This document shows positions 34,845 through 43,450 of a stretch of 64,000 nt of DNA, one piece after another. Position 1 is the stretch's first letter. Each line of letters starts with the position of its first letter. This stretch comes from Candidatus Eiseniibacteriota bacterium. GTDB lineage: Bacteria > Orphanbacterota > Orphanbacteria > Orphanbacterales > Orphanbacteraceae. The notes below the pieces were generated by a model that saw only the letters and a list, made by a program, of their open reading frames with translations, did not search any database and was not told where the DNA came from. The DNA lies in the NCBI GenBank assembly GCA_043809585.1, contig JBDROZ010000026.1, positions 1-64,000 on the forward strand, read 5' to 3'. The translations under genes and the position numbers were made by a program.

Positions 34845-35609
34845 TTGCGCGTCGTCCATGTTGCCGTCCACACGCTCCGGGAGACGGTCCGGGACCGGGT
34901 CTTCCTCGTGACCCTCCTCTTCGCCCTCCTGCTGATCGGCGGGTCCGTCGCCGTCTCCCCCCTCGCGGCGGGCCAGCGGGACCGGGTGATCAAGGACGTC
35001 GGCCTCGCTTCGATCTCGATCATCGGAACCCTTCTCGCCGTCTTCGTCGGCGCCAGTCTCGTCCACCGGGAAACCGAGCGCCGCACGATCTACACGCTCC
35101 TCTCCCGCCCCCTCGGCCGGGCGGAATACGTGATCGGGAAATACCTCGGCGTCGTGCTCACCCTCGCCCTCAACGTCTCGATCATGGCGGTCTTCTTCGG
35201 TCTCCTCGTCCATTTCCTCTTGAAGAGCCTGACCATGGACCACCTCGCGGCGATCTACCTGATCGGCGTCGAACTCGCCGTTCTCGCCGCCTTCTCGATT
35301 CTCTTCTCCGTCCTCTCGTCGCCGGTGCTCTCGGCGGCCTTCACGCTCTCCCTCTTCTTCGTCGGTCATCTGGCGGCGGACATCCGCCGGTTCGCCGAAC
35401 TGCTGCCTCCGGGACTCTTCCGTTCCCTCAGCGCCGGAGCGGGCTACCTACTGCCGAACCTCGAGTATTTCAACGCGAAGGGGATGGCGGTCTACGGAAA
35501 GGCGGTGGAGCCGGGCCTGCTCGTCTGGGCGACCCTCTATGCCGCGGGCTACATCGTGACCGCCGTGGGCATCGCCGCGCTCGTCTTCCGGAGGAAGGAC
35601 CTGAAGTGA
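34845..35609 (+). CDS. ABC-2-type permease (Myxococcus PilI-like)
   Basis: Six TM segments; ERRTIYTLLSRP..R.EYVIGKYLG. Confidence 0.85.
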   Translation: MRVVHVAVHTLRETVRDRVFLVTLLFALLLIGGSVAVSPLAAGQRDRVIKDVGLASISIIGTLLAVFVGASLVHRETERRTIYTLLSRPLGRAEYVIGKYLGVVLTLALNVSIMAVFFGLLVHFLLKSLTMDHLAAIYLIGVELAVLAAFSILFSVLSSPVLSAAFTLSLFFVGHLAADIRRFAELLPPGLFRSLSAGAGYLLPNLEYFNAKGMAVYGKAVEPGLLVWATLYAAGYIVTAVGIAALVFRRKDLK

Positions 35610-36679
35610 TGCGCCGATCGGGCTCCCTCGCCATGCCGGCGCTCCTCTTCGCTTTGACGGCCTCCTTCGGGCTGAACCGGGGGATGGGCCCGGAGATCGA
35701 GCGGCGCCGCTCCCCCACGACCATGGAGCAGGAGCTTTCCTTCTACCCGTCGGGGAAGCTCCTCCGCCCCTTGACGGCGGGCCTGCAGAACGTGGCGGCC
35801 GACCTGCTCTGGCTCCGGGCGATCCAGTACTACGGGGAACACCGGAAGACCGATCTGGTTTTCGACAAGGCGGCCCACGTCTTCCGGGTGCTCACCGATC
35901 TCGACCCCGGATTCGTGGAGGCGTACCGCTTCGGCGCCCTGGTCGTGATCGAAGACGCCCATCAGCCGGGCGAGGGGTACGCCCTGCTCCGGAAGGGGAT
36001 CCGGGAGAACCCGGGCCGCGGGGAGCTTCTCTTCGATCTCGGATTCCACCATTTCCTGGCGGACGAGTTCGACGCCGCGGCGACCTACTTCCATCGGGCC
36101 GCGGAGCTCGACCCCGGCAACGAGAGGGTGGTCCGGTTCGCGGCCTTCGCGGAGAAGCGGCGGGGGGGGCTCGACCAGGCGGAGGAGATGTGGAGGGAGA
36201 TCCTCCGGACCACCGAAAACGACCAGTTCCGGGAGGCGGCGAAGTTCGCCCTTCTCGGCATCCGGGCCGCCCGGGACACGACGGCGATCGCCGCCGGATG
36301 CCGGGAGTTTCGGGAGCGCCATGGCCGCTGGCCGGGGGCGCCGGAGGAACTCGTCCGGGCCGGCATTCTGGGCGCCGCGCCGGTGGAGCCGTACGGCGAG
36401 CGTTACGTGATCCAACCGGAGACCGGCGAGGTCCGCTCCTCCTTCCTCCTCGCCCGGGAGGTGAAGCGGGACCTCGGGATCCTTCAGGGGGTGGTCGACC
36501 GCTTTCGGAGTTCCCGGGGCCGCCTTCCCGTCGATCCCCAGGAAACGGTGGACGCGGGGATGCTGCTCGAGGTCACCGAACCGTGGGGCATCCGCTACGA
36601 AGTCGATGCCGCGAACGGCCGGGTAAGGGCGAAGCTCGGAGAGAGAGAGCTCACCTTCGGCGAGGAGGGCGCGTCGTGA
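35609..36679 (+). CDS. Pilus-associated TPR protein (Myxococcus PilG / Geobacter XapA-like)
   Basis: ADLLWLRAIQYYG...TDLDP; TPR helices; two pilin-like F...GRxP...LV.AG.L..EP.G..Y repeats. Confidence 0.7.
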   Translation: MRRSGSLAMPALLFALTASFGLNRGMGPEIERRRSPTTMEQELSFYPSGKLLRPLTAGLQNVAADLLWLRAIQYYGEHRKTDLVFDKAAHVFRVLTDLDPGFVEAYRFGALVVIEDAHQPGEGYALLRKGIRENPGRGELLFDLGFHHFLADEFDAAATYFHRAAELDPGNERVVRFAAFAEKRRGGLDQAEEMWREILRTTENDQFREAAKFALLGIRAARDTTAIAAGCREFRERHGRWPGAPEELVRAGILGAAPVEPYGERYVIQPETGEVRSSFLLAREVKRDLGILQGVVDRFRSSRGRLPVDPQETVDAGMLLEVTEPWGIRYEVDAANGRVRAKLGERELTFGEEGAS

Positions 36680-38046
36680 ACGGCGATCTGGGGCAGGCCC
36701 TTCCCCTTCTCTTCCTCGCCGGGGCGGCGTTGGTCCTCCTCTTCCCGTGGGCCTTGACCCGCCTCTCCCGCTCCTTCCGGCCCCACCGGGAGAAGAGGGA
36801 TGAATCGACCCTCCTTCTCTCCACGGTGCAAGAGGTCGTCACCGGCATCCGGGAGAGCGAGAGCGATCTCCGGGACATGTATTCGAAGGCGGAGCGGAAG
36901 GCGTCGTTCCTCGAGCGCTATCACCGGAGCATCCTCGAGTCGATGAAGACCGGCGTCGTGGCGTGCAACCGCCGGGGAGAGATCACCGCGCTGAACGGGG
37001 CCGCCGCCTCGATCCTGGGGATTTCCGAGAACCGCGCCCGGGGCCGCCGGCTCGACCGGCTCGTGGGACCGGGCCACCTCTTCCCGCGCCTCTTGGAGGA
37101 CGTCATCCACGGACGCCCGGTGGAGGACCGTCTGGAGCTGAAGATCCAGCGCCGGGGGGAGGAGCCCCGTTGGATCGAACTCCGGACCTCGATTCTCCAC
37201 GGCCGGAGCGGCCAGCCCGTCGGTACGACTTTTCTTCTCGACGATGTGACGGAGCGGAACCTCCTCCGCCGCCGGATGGCGCTGAAGGAGAGGCTCGCGG
37301 CCATGGGCGAGATCTCGGCCGGGATCGCTCATGAATTTCGAAACGCCCTCCATGCCCTCCAGGGACTGGCGAAGCTGATCGGCCGCCGGGCGGAAGGAAA
37401 CGAGCGGATCGAGCCTCTGGCGGCGGAGATCCTCGGCGAGACGGCGCGCATGGAGAGGATCCTCCACGAGCTCCGGGTCTTCCAGAATCCCCAGCCCCTC
37501 GCCCTCGAGGACGTGGATGCGGAGGCGCTCATCCGGTCGGTTCTCCTCCCCTTCGTCGAGCAGCAGGGACCCCGGCCGGTCCGGTTCGAAGTCCGGACCG
37601 ACGACGATCTCCCCCGTTTTCGAGGTGACCGGACCGCTCTCGCCCAAGCCCTCCGCAACCTCGTGGGGAACGCCATGAGCGCCATGAGCGGGGAGGGGGG
37701 GACGCTGACCATCTCCGTCTCCGCCCCCGGAGGGGGCGCGGGACCGGCGCGGCGCGTGCGGATCGCCGTCTCCGACACGGGGCCGGGGATTCCGGAGGAG
37801 GCGCGGGACAAGATCTTCACTCCCTTCTACACCACCAAAGAGGACGGGACCGGCCTCGGTCTCCCCCTGGTGCAGAAAGTCGTCGCCGCCCACGGGGGGA
37901 GCGTGGACTTCGATTCCACCCGCGCCGCGGGCGCGACGTTTACCCTCGATCTACCGGCCGCCGGTGCGCCGGAGGCCCCGATGGTCGCCTCTTCATCTCC
38001 GGCCTCTCCGGGCCGAAGAGAAGAGGGGATGGGGGGAGGTCTTTGA
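36676..38046 (+). CDS. PAS sensor histidine kinase (second pilus-locus system)
   Basis: Single TM; PAS domain; AHEFRNAL; DTGPGI; FYTTK; GTGLGL. Confidence 0.9.
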   Translation: MNGDLGQALPLLFLAGAALVLLFPWALTRLSRSFRPHREKRDESTLLLSTVQEVVTGIRESESDLRDMYSKAERKASFLERYHRSILESMKTGVVACNRRGEITALNGAAASILGISENRARGRRLDRLVGPGHLFPRLLEDVIHGRPVEDRLELKIQRRGEEPRWIELRTSILHGRSGQPVGTTFLLDDVTERNLLRRRMALKERLAAMGEISAGIAHEFRNALHALQGLAKLIGRRAEGNERIEPLAAEILGETARMERILHELRVFQNPQPLALEDVDAEALIRSVLLPFVEQQGPRPVRFEVRTDDDLPRFRGDRTALAQALRNLVGNAMSAMSGEGGTLTISVSAPGGGAGPARRVRIAVSDTGPGIPEEARDKIFTPFYTTKEDGTGLGLPLVQKVVAAHGGSVDFDSTRAAGATFTLDLPAAGAPEAPMVASSSPASPGRREEGMGGGL

Positions 38047-39398
38047 TGGCCGAAAGAAAAATACTGGTCGTCGAAGACCGGGCGGGCACGCGCCGGATGC
38101 TCGAGGAGACGTTCGGCGACGAGGGCTACCGGGCCGTGGCGGTCGCCACCGGCGAAGAGGCGGTGGCCCGGCTCCGGAAGGAGAGCTTCGACTTGGTCGT
38201 GACCGACCTCGCCCTCCCCGGAATGGACGGACTTCAGGTTCTCGCCGCCGCCCGGGAGAGCGACCCCCTCGCGCCGGTCATCGTCATGACCGCCCACGGC
38301 ACCGTGGAGAACGCGGTCCGGGCGATCAAGGAAGGGGCCTACGACTTCGTGACCAAGCCGGTCGACACGGACCGCCTCCTTCTTCTCGCGGAGAGGGCGT
38401 CGGAGCACCGCGCCCTTGAGGCCCGGGACCGGGCCCACGCCGTGACAGAGCGGGCACCCGAGATCATCGGGGAGAGCGCCGCGAACCGCCGCGCGCTCGC
38501 ATTGGCGGAGAAGGTGGCGGCCCGCGACGCGGCGGTGCTCCTCCTCGGAGAGAGCGGGACGGGCAAGGAGCTCTTCGCCCGCCGGATCCACTCGAGAAGC
38601 CCCCGCGCGGGCCATCCCCTCGTGGCGGTGAACTGCGCGGCGATTCCCCGGGACCTCGTGGAGGCGGAACTCTTCGGGTCGGAGAAGGGGGCCTACACCG
38701 GCTCCGACCGTCTCCGGGTCGGGCGATTCGAGCTGGCGAACGGCGGGACGATCTTCTTCGACGAGATCGGCGAGCTGCCCCCCGGGTCCCAATCGAAACT
38801 CCTCCGGGTGCTCGAGGAGAAGACGGTGCGGCGCATCGGCGGGAACAGGAGCATCCGGGTTGACGTCCGCCTCGTGACCGCCACCAACCGGGACCTGGAA
38901 AAAGAGGTGCGGGAGGGGCGTTTCCGGGAGGATCTCTACTACCGGCTGAACGTCTTTCCCCTCCGGCTGCCCCCTCTCCGGGAAAGGCCGGAGGATATCC
39001 CGGTGCTCGCGGGGCACTTCCTCGATCTCTTCGCCTCCGAGCAGGGGCGGGAGCGCCCCCGCCTCTCCCCCGGCGCCATCGAGGCCCTCGCCCGCTACGC
39101 CTGGCCGGGCAACGTGAGGGAACTGGGAAACGTGCTGGAGCGGGCCGTCATTCTCGCCGAGGGGGACACGATTCCGGAAGAGCTGGTCCTCCCCCGGATG
39201 GGTGGGACCGAGAGCGGCGGGGAACCGACCGCCGCGGACCTCCATGAGGCGGTGCGCCTCGCCGTTCGTCGGGTCGAATCGGAGATGATCGGCCGTGTGC
39301 TCGCCGAGTGCGGAGGCAACAAGAGCGAAGCGGCCCGGCGAATGAAGATCAGCTACCGCTCCCTCTGGTCCAAGGTGAAGGAGTACGGACTCGAATGA
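38046..39398 (+). CDS. Sigma54-dependent response regulator
   Basis: Receiver domain; [13 protein letters not shown]; Fis-type HTH. Confidence 0.92.
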   Translation: MAERKILVVEDRAGTRRMLEETFGDEGYRAVAVATGEEAVARLRKESFDLVVTDLALPGMDGLQVLAAARESDPLAPVIVMTAHGTVENAVRAIKEGAYDFVTKPVDTDRLLLLAERASEHRALEARDRAHAVTERAPEIIGESAANRRALALAEKVAARDAAVLLLGESGTGKELFARRIHSRSPRAGHPLVAVNCAAIPRDLVEAELFGSEKGAYTGSDRLRVGRFELANGGTIFFDEIGELPPGSQSKLLRVLEEKTVRRIGGNRSIRVDVRLVTATNRDLEKEVREGRFREDLYYRLNVFPLRLPPLRERPEDIPVLAGHFLDLFASEQGRERPRLSPGAIEALARYAWPGNVRELGNVLERAVILAEGDTIPEELVLPRMGGTESGGEPTAADLHEAVRLAVRRVESEMIGRVLAECGGNKSEAARRMKISYRSLWSKVKEYGLE

Positions 39399-40765
39399 AA
39401 AAGCCGTGGCCGATTCTCGTGTTCCCGTTCCTTCTCCTCGGGGCCCGTCCGCTGCCGGCCGAAGGGGGGGGGGAGTTCCGTCATCCCGCGGAAGTGCTCG
39501 CCGGCGTCTGGCGGCTTCCCGTCTTCTACACGCCCGGGATCGAACCTCCCGAGGCCCCCGTGCTCACCGTGCGCTCGGGGGGGGACACGGTCCGGGTCGT
39601 CATGGAGCCCCTGCCGAGACTCTCCGGGGGCCCCCGTTACGGGGCGATGATCGACGAGCCGCTGCTCGCCGAGAAGCCGGGGGGGATCCTCGAACTCGAG
39701 CTCGAGGTCGGCGGCGAGGTGGCCCACCGGGGCTCGATCCCGATCGTCCTTCGACTTCCCGGAAGGAGGATGCTCTCCGTCGGGGAGGAAGGGGGCGTCC
39801 TGTGGGAGATGGACGGAGCCGGCGGCCTCGTCCCCTGGGACACGGTGGGCGCGGGGGAGGGGATCGAGGAGTGCCTCCTGCTCGGCGACGAGGAGAAGGG
39901 GGGCATCGCGGCGGTGACGGGCGCGGGGGATCTCGTGACCTGGACCGGTTCCCGGGGATTCGTCGAAGCCCTCCGGGTGACTCTCGGCGGGCGGCCGAGC
40001 GCGGCCTCGCCGGGACGAACGGCGGACGAGGGGTTCTTCGGCCTGCTGGACGGGCGCATCGTCCGGGTGAGCTCCGCCGGACGGCGGCCCGTCGCGGAGG
40101 TGACGGTGACGGCCCGGGGCATTCCGACCAGTCTCGCCGTGGGGGACGGGAACGGGGACGGTCTCCCCGACCTGGCGGCGACGATCCTCGAAATGGACCG
40201 GTCGGTCCTGGTCTTCTGGCCAGGGGGGGAGGACGGGTCGTTCCGCGCCGCCGAGCCCCGGGTGATCCCCCTGCCCGGTACGGGTCGGACGGTCCTCTTC
40301 GCCGATCTCGCGGGAGAGGGCGTTCCCGATCTGGTCCTGCTCCTCCACGGCCCGGATGTCGGGCTTTCGGGGGTCTCCGCCTGGACATGGGCGGAGGGTG
40401 ATTCTCTCGCGGTGGTCGACCTTCCGGGGCTCGCGGAGAAGAGTGTCCACCGGCTCGTCCGGGGGGACTGGAACGGGGACGGCCGGGAGGATCTCGGAGT
40501 CGTCACCGGCGCCGCGGAGGCGAAGCTCGAGCTTTTCCTGCTCGAGCGGGGGGGGCGGCGGGGAACGGCGGTCTGCGTGATCCCCCTCGCGGGGCCGGAA
40601 GTGGACATCGTCGCCGCCGACATGGACGGGAACGGCGCGGACGACGTGGTCGTCGCGGAAGGGGTGTTCCGGATCTGGCTCGGCGACGGGACGGGGCGGG
40701 TGTCTCTCCTGCCGGGGCCGCCCGGAGGGGCGCCCGCCAAGTTCGCCCGAGGCCCGGGCCGTTAG
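39395..40765 (+). CDS. Exported FG-GAP/VCBS repeat protein
   Basis: Signal peptide; DGNGDGLPDL, DWNGDGREDL and DMDGNGADDV repeats. Confidence 0.75.
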   Translation: MKKPWPILVFPFLLLGARPLPAEGGGEFRHPAEVLAGVWRLPVFYTPGIEPPEAPVLTVRSGGDTVRVVMEPLPRLSGGPRYGAMIDEPLLAEKPGGILELELEVGGEVAHRGSIPIVLRLPGRRMLSVGEEGGVLWEMDGAGGLVPWDTVGAGEGIEECLLLGDEEKGGIAAVTGAGDLVTWTGSRGFVEALRVTLGGRPSAASPGRTADEGFFGLLDGRIVRVSSAGRRPVAEVTVTARGIPTSLAVGDGNGDGLPDLAATILEMDRSVLVFWPGGEDGSFRAAEPRVIPLPGTGRTVLFADLAGEGVPDLVLLLHGPDVGLSGVSAWTWAEGDSLAVVDLPGLAEKSVHRLVRGDWNGDGREDLGVVTGAAEAKLELFLLERGGRRGTAVCVIPLAGPEVDIVAADMDGNGADDVVVAEGVFRIWLGDGTGRVSLLPGPPGGAPAKFARGPGR

Positions 40766-40774
40766 GAACGGAGG

Positions 40775-40912
40775 TGCCGGATTCGGCAATTCTTTGCCGG
40801 GCCGCCGGGCCGCCCGTTCTCGAAACGACGAAAGACGGCTGCCGTAAGCCACAGTCGTAAAGCGAGATAAGAATCGCATGCCCGGCCTGCCCGCCGGGGA
40901 ACGGCTCTTGCG
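40775..40912 (+). promoter_or_regulatory. Sigma54 promoter with upstream palindromes for the minor-pilin operon
   Basis: GGAAC-GGCTC-TTGCG (GG-N10-GC) at 40898-40912; overlapping palindromes TGCCG-N4-CGGCA and CGGCAA-N4-TTGCCG at 40775-40799. Confidence 0.65.
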
Positions 40913-40936
40913 ATAGTCCCCGACCGGAGGTGAACC

Positions 40937-41395
40937 ATGAGCGCTTCGCGAAGAAATGGACCGGCCGGCTTCTCCCTGGTCGAGATGGTGCTGGCCATCA
41001 CGCTGCTCGGCTTCGCGTTCCTCGCCATGGGGAAGCTGATGGTCACGTCGTCGGAACACTCGAAGCAGGGCCGGCACGACACGATCGCACTGAACAGCGC
41101 CGGCGAGATCCTCGAGCGGATGCGGGCCGTCGATTTCGACCAGATGAAGAAGCTCTTCGACGGGATCGACACCGATGAAATCGCTTCGGTTCCCGCCGAG
41201 GCCCGCAACTGGGCCGGCCATCTCAGGGAGAACCTCGGACCTTCGGCCCGCTGCCTGATCGACGTCTACGACGAAAACGAGAGGGCGGATCTGTCCCGGG
41301 GCCTGGTGGAGGTCGACATCCGAATGTCGTGGGTCGAGCGGGGATTCGAACGGTCGATCCGGACCAGCACCTACGTCGTCCGGATGGGGAGCTAG
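40937..41395 (+). CDS. Minor pilin, PilV-like
   Basis: AG|FSLVEMVLAITLL. Confidence 0.85.
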   Translation: MSASRRNGPAGFSLVEMVLAITLLGFAFLAMGKLMVTSSEHSKQGRHDTIALNSAGEILERMRAVDFDQMKKLFDGIDTDEIASVPAEARNWAGHLRENLGPSARCLIDVYDENERADLSRGLVEVDIRMSWVERGFERSIRTSTYVVRMGS

Positions 41396-41397
41396 CC

Positions 41398-42957
41398 ATG
41401 ATGAACCGATGGAAGAACCGGATACGGTGCCGGCGGGGGTCCGGCCTCGTTCTTTCGCTGCTCCTCTTGACCGCCCTGTCCCTCATGGGCATGACCCTCG
41501 CCCTCCTTTCCGCGACGGACCGGCGCATCGCCGCCTACGACCGGCAGAGCATCTCCGCCCTCAACGCGGCGGAGGCGGGCATCGCCATGGCCAAGCGGCG
41601 GATCCAGGACCGGGTGCTCACGTTCGGCGACGAAAACGGGAACGGCTACCCGGATTTCCGGATCGCCGACACGCTGTCGTGGGGGGGCATCTACGATGTC
41701 TTCGGCGAGTCGACGCTCCCCACGGGGAGCTCCGCGTCTCCTTACTCGGGGGACATGTTCCGCCTCGAGGCGGATGGCTACTCCCGGGACGCGGTCCGCC
41801 GGGTCTTCGCCGAGATCGCCCACGACACGTTCCTCAAGTACGCCCGGTTCGTGGAGGCTGCGGGAACCTCTTATGGGTGCGGCGCCATCCTGACCGGCGA
41901 GGTCTACGTCGGCGGGACCCTCGGTCTCCCGAGCGGCTGCACGGCCGGCTCGGAGGTGGAGTTCCTCGAGATGGTGGCCGCCACGAACGGAATCACCAAC
42001 AAGGCGGAAGCGATCTTCCACAAGGGGTACACCGACTCGGCCAACGCCATCGACCTCCAGAGCTCGGTCGACATGCCTTTCATGCGGGCCAAGTCGAAGG
42101 GAGAAGGGGGGGAATGCGACTGCGAGGGGCTCGGCCGCATCGGCATCTACATGGGATGGAACCTCCTCGGCATCGGGGCGAACGGGACCATCAACCTCTC
42201 CCTGTTCGATTTCGTCTTCCCCGACTCCGGGTCGTCGGACACGGTCATCACCTACGGGGGGAACCCGGTGGTCGATCCGACCACGGGAAGCCCGATGCTC
42301 TCCTCCGACTTCAACGGCATCATCTTCTACGAGGGGGACGGGCATATCCGGGGGACCTCCGACGGCGTGAGCGCGAGGAACCTGACCGTTTTCGCCACGG
42401 ACGACATCTTCGTGGAGGGGGACATTCGGACCGGCCACAGCGGGTACGACGATATCACCCGCCTCCCGAACCACTCCGGGGATCCGGTGAACATCGGTCT
42501 CGTCGCCGCCGACTACATCTACATCGGAAACACGCCGCGGATCCTCTTCATCGACGCGGCGCTCATGGCGGTCGCCGCGAACTGGCGCGTGTACAACACG
42601 AGCTTCGCCGCCCACCCCGTCGCCCCGGTCGGCAACTACGACCTCGACCAGGACGGGATCGTGGGCGAGACGCCCCAGAACAACGACCCGAATCCGGGCG
42701 AGGGGTGGGACGAAGTGATCACCGCCGCGAACCAGGGCAAAACCTGGGTCATGAACATCAACGGACCGATCATCACCCACGACGGCGGGTCCGCCTATCC
42801 GTGGAACGAGGCCTCGGTCCTCGCGAACGCGGACGGTCCGACCCGTCGATACAACTACGACATGGACATCACCGATTTCCCGCCCCCCTGCTTTCCGGTC
42901 CCTCTGAACCTGTGGATGGACCATTCGTGGGCGGAACTCTACGCGGCGGGAGACTAG
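41398..42957 (+). CDS. Large minor pilin, PilX-like
   Basis: RG|SGLVLSLL (no Glu5); ALNAAEAGI; DxDxDG motifs. Confidence 0.8.
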   Translation: MMNRWKNRIRCRRGSGLVLSLLLLTALSLMGMTLALLSATDRRIAAYDRQSISALNAAEAGIAMAKRRIQDRVLTFGDENGNGYPDFRIADTLSWGGIYDVFGESTLPTGSSASPYSGDMFRLEADGYSRDAVRRVFAEIAHDTFLKYARFVEAAGTSYGCGAILTGEVYVGGTLGLPSGCTAGSEVEFLEMVAATNGITNKAEAIFHKGYTDSANAIDLQSSVDMPFMRAKSKGEGGECDCEGLGRIGIYMGWNLLGIGANGTINLSLFDFVFPDSGSSDTVITYGGNPVVDPTTGSPMLSSDFNGIIFYEGDGHIRGTSDGVSARNLTVFATDDIFVEGDIRTGHSGYDDITRLPNHSGDPVNIGLVAADYIYIGNTPRILFIDAALMAVAANWRVYNTSFAAHPVAPVGNYDLDQDGIVGETPQNNDPNPGEGWDEVITAANQGKTWVMNINGPIITHDGGSAYPWNEASVLANADGPTRRYNYDMDITDFPPPCFPVPLNLWMDHSWAELYAAGD

Positions 42958-42959
42958 TC

Positions 42960-43448
42960 ATGAGAAGAGGGCGGCGGGAACGCGGATTCACGCTGGTGGA
43001 GCTGATGGTGGTGGTCGTCGTGATCGGCCTGGTGATGGCGGCGAGCGCCCCTCCGGCGCTCCGCTGGTGGAAACGGCAGGATCTGGACCGGAACGGGGAA
43101 CGGATGGCCGCCGCGATGCAGATCTGCCGGCAGAAGTCGGTCTGGCGCCGCGCGCCCTACCGGCTCGTCCTGGACACGGCCCGGCCGGCCTTCCACATCG
43201 AGACGCAAGACTCCGCCGGCGAGTGGTACACCGATCCGCCGGACACGACGGCGGTCGACCGGGGCGTCGGCATGTCCGTCCTGGCGGGGGGGAGCACGAG
43301 CAACTACGAGATCCTCTTCGAGAGCCGGGGAACCGTTTCCGCCTCCGACACGCCCGCCACCGTCACGTTTTGGAACGGAAGACAGGAAACGCTCTCCGTG
43401 CAGCTCGTGCGAACCGGGCGGGTGCGGATGACGAGGAGGGGGGGTTGA
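42960..43448 (+). CDS. Minor pilin, FimT/FimU-like
   Basis: RG|FTLVELMVVVVVIG; FESRG; C-terminal TGRVR. Confidence 0.85.
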   Translation: MRRGRRERGFTLVELMVVVVVIGLVMAASAPPALRWWKRQDLDRNGERMAAAMQICRQKSVWRRAPYRLVLDTARPAFHIETQDSAGEWYTDPPDTTAVDRGVGMSVLAGGSTSNYEILFESRGTVSASDTPATVTFWNGRQETLSVQLVRTGRVRMTRRGG

Positions 43449-43450
43449 TC

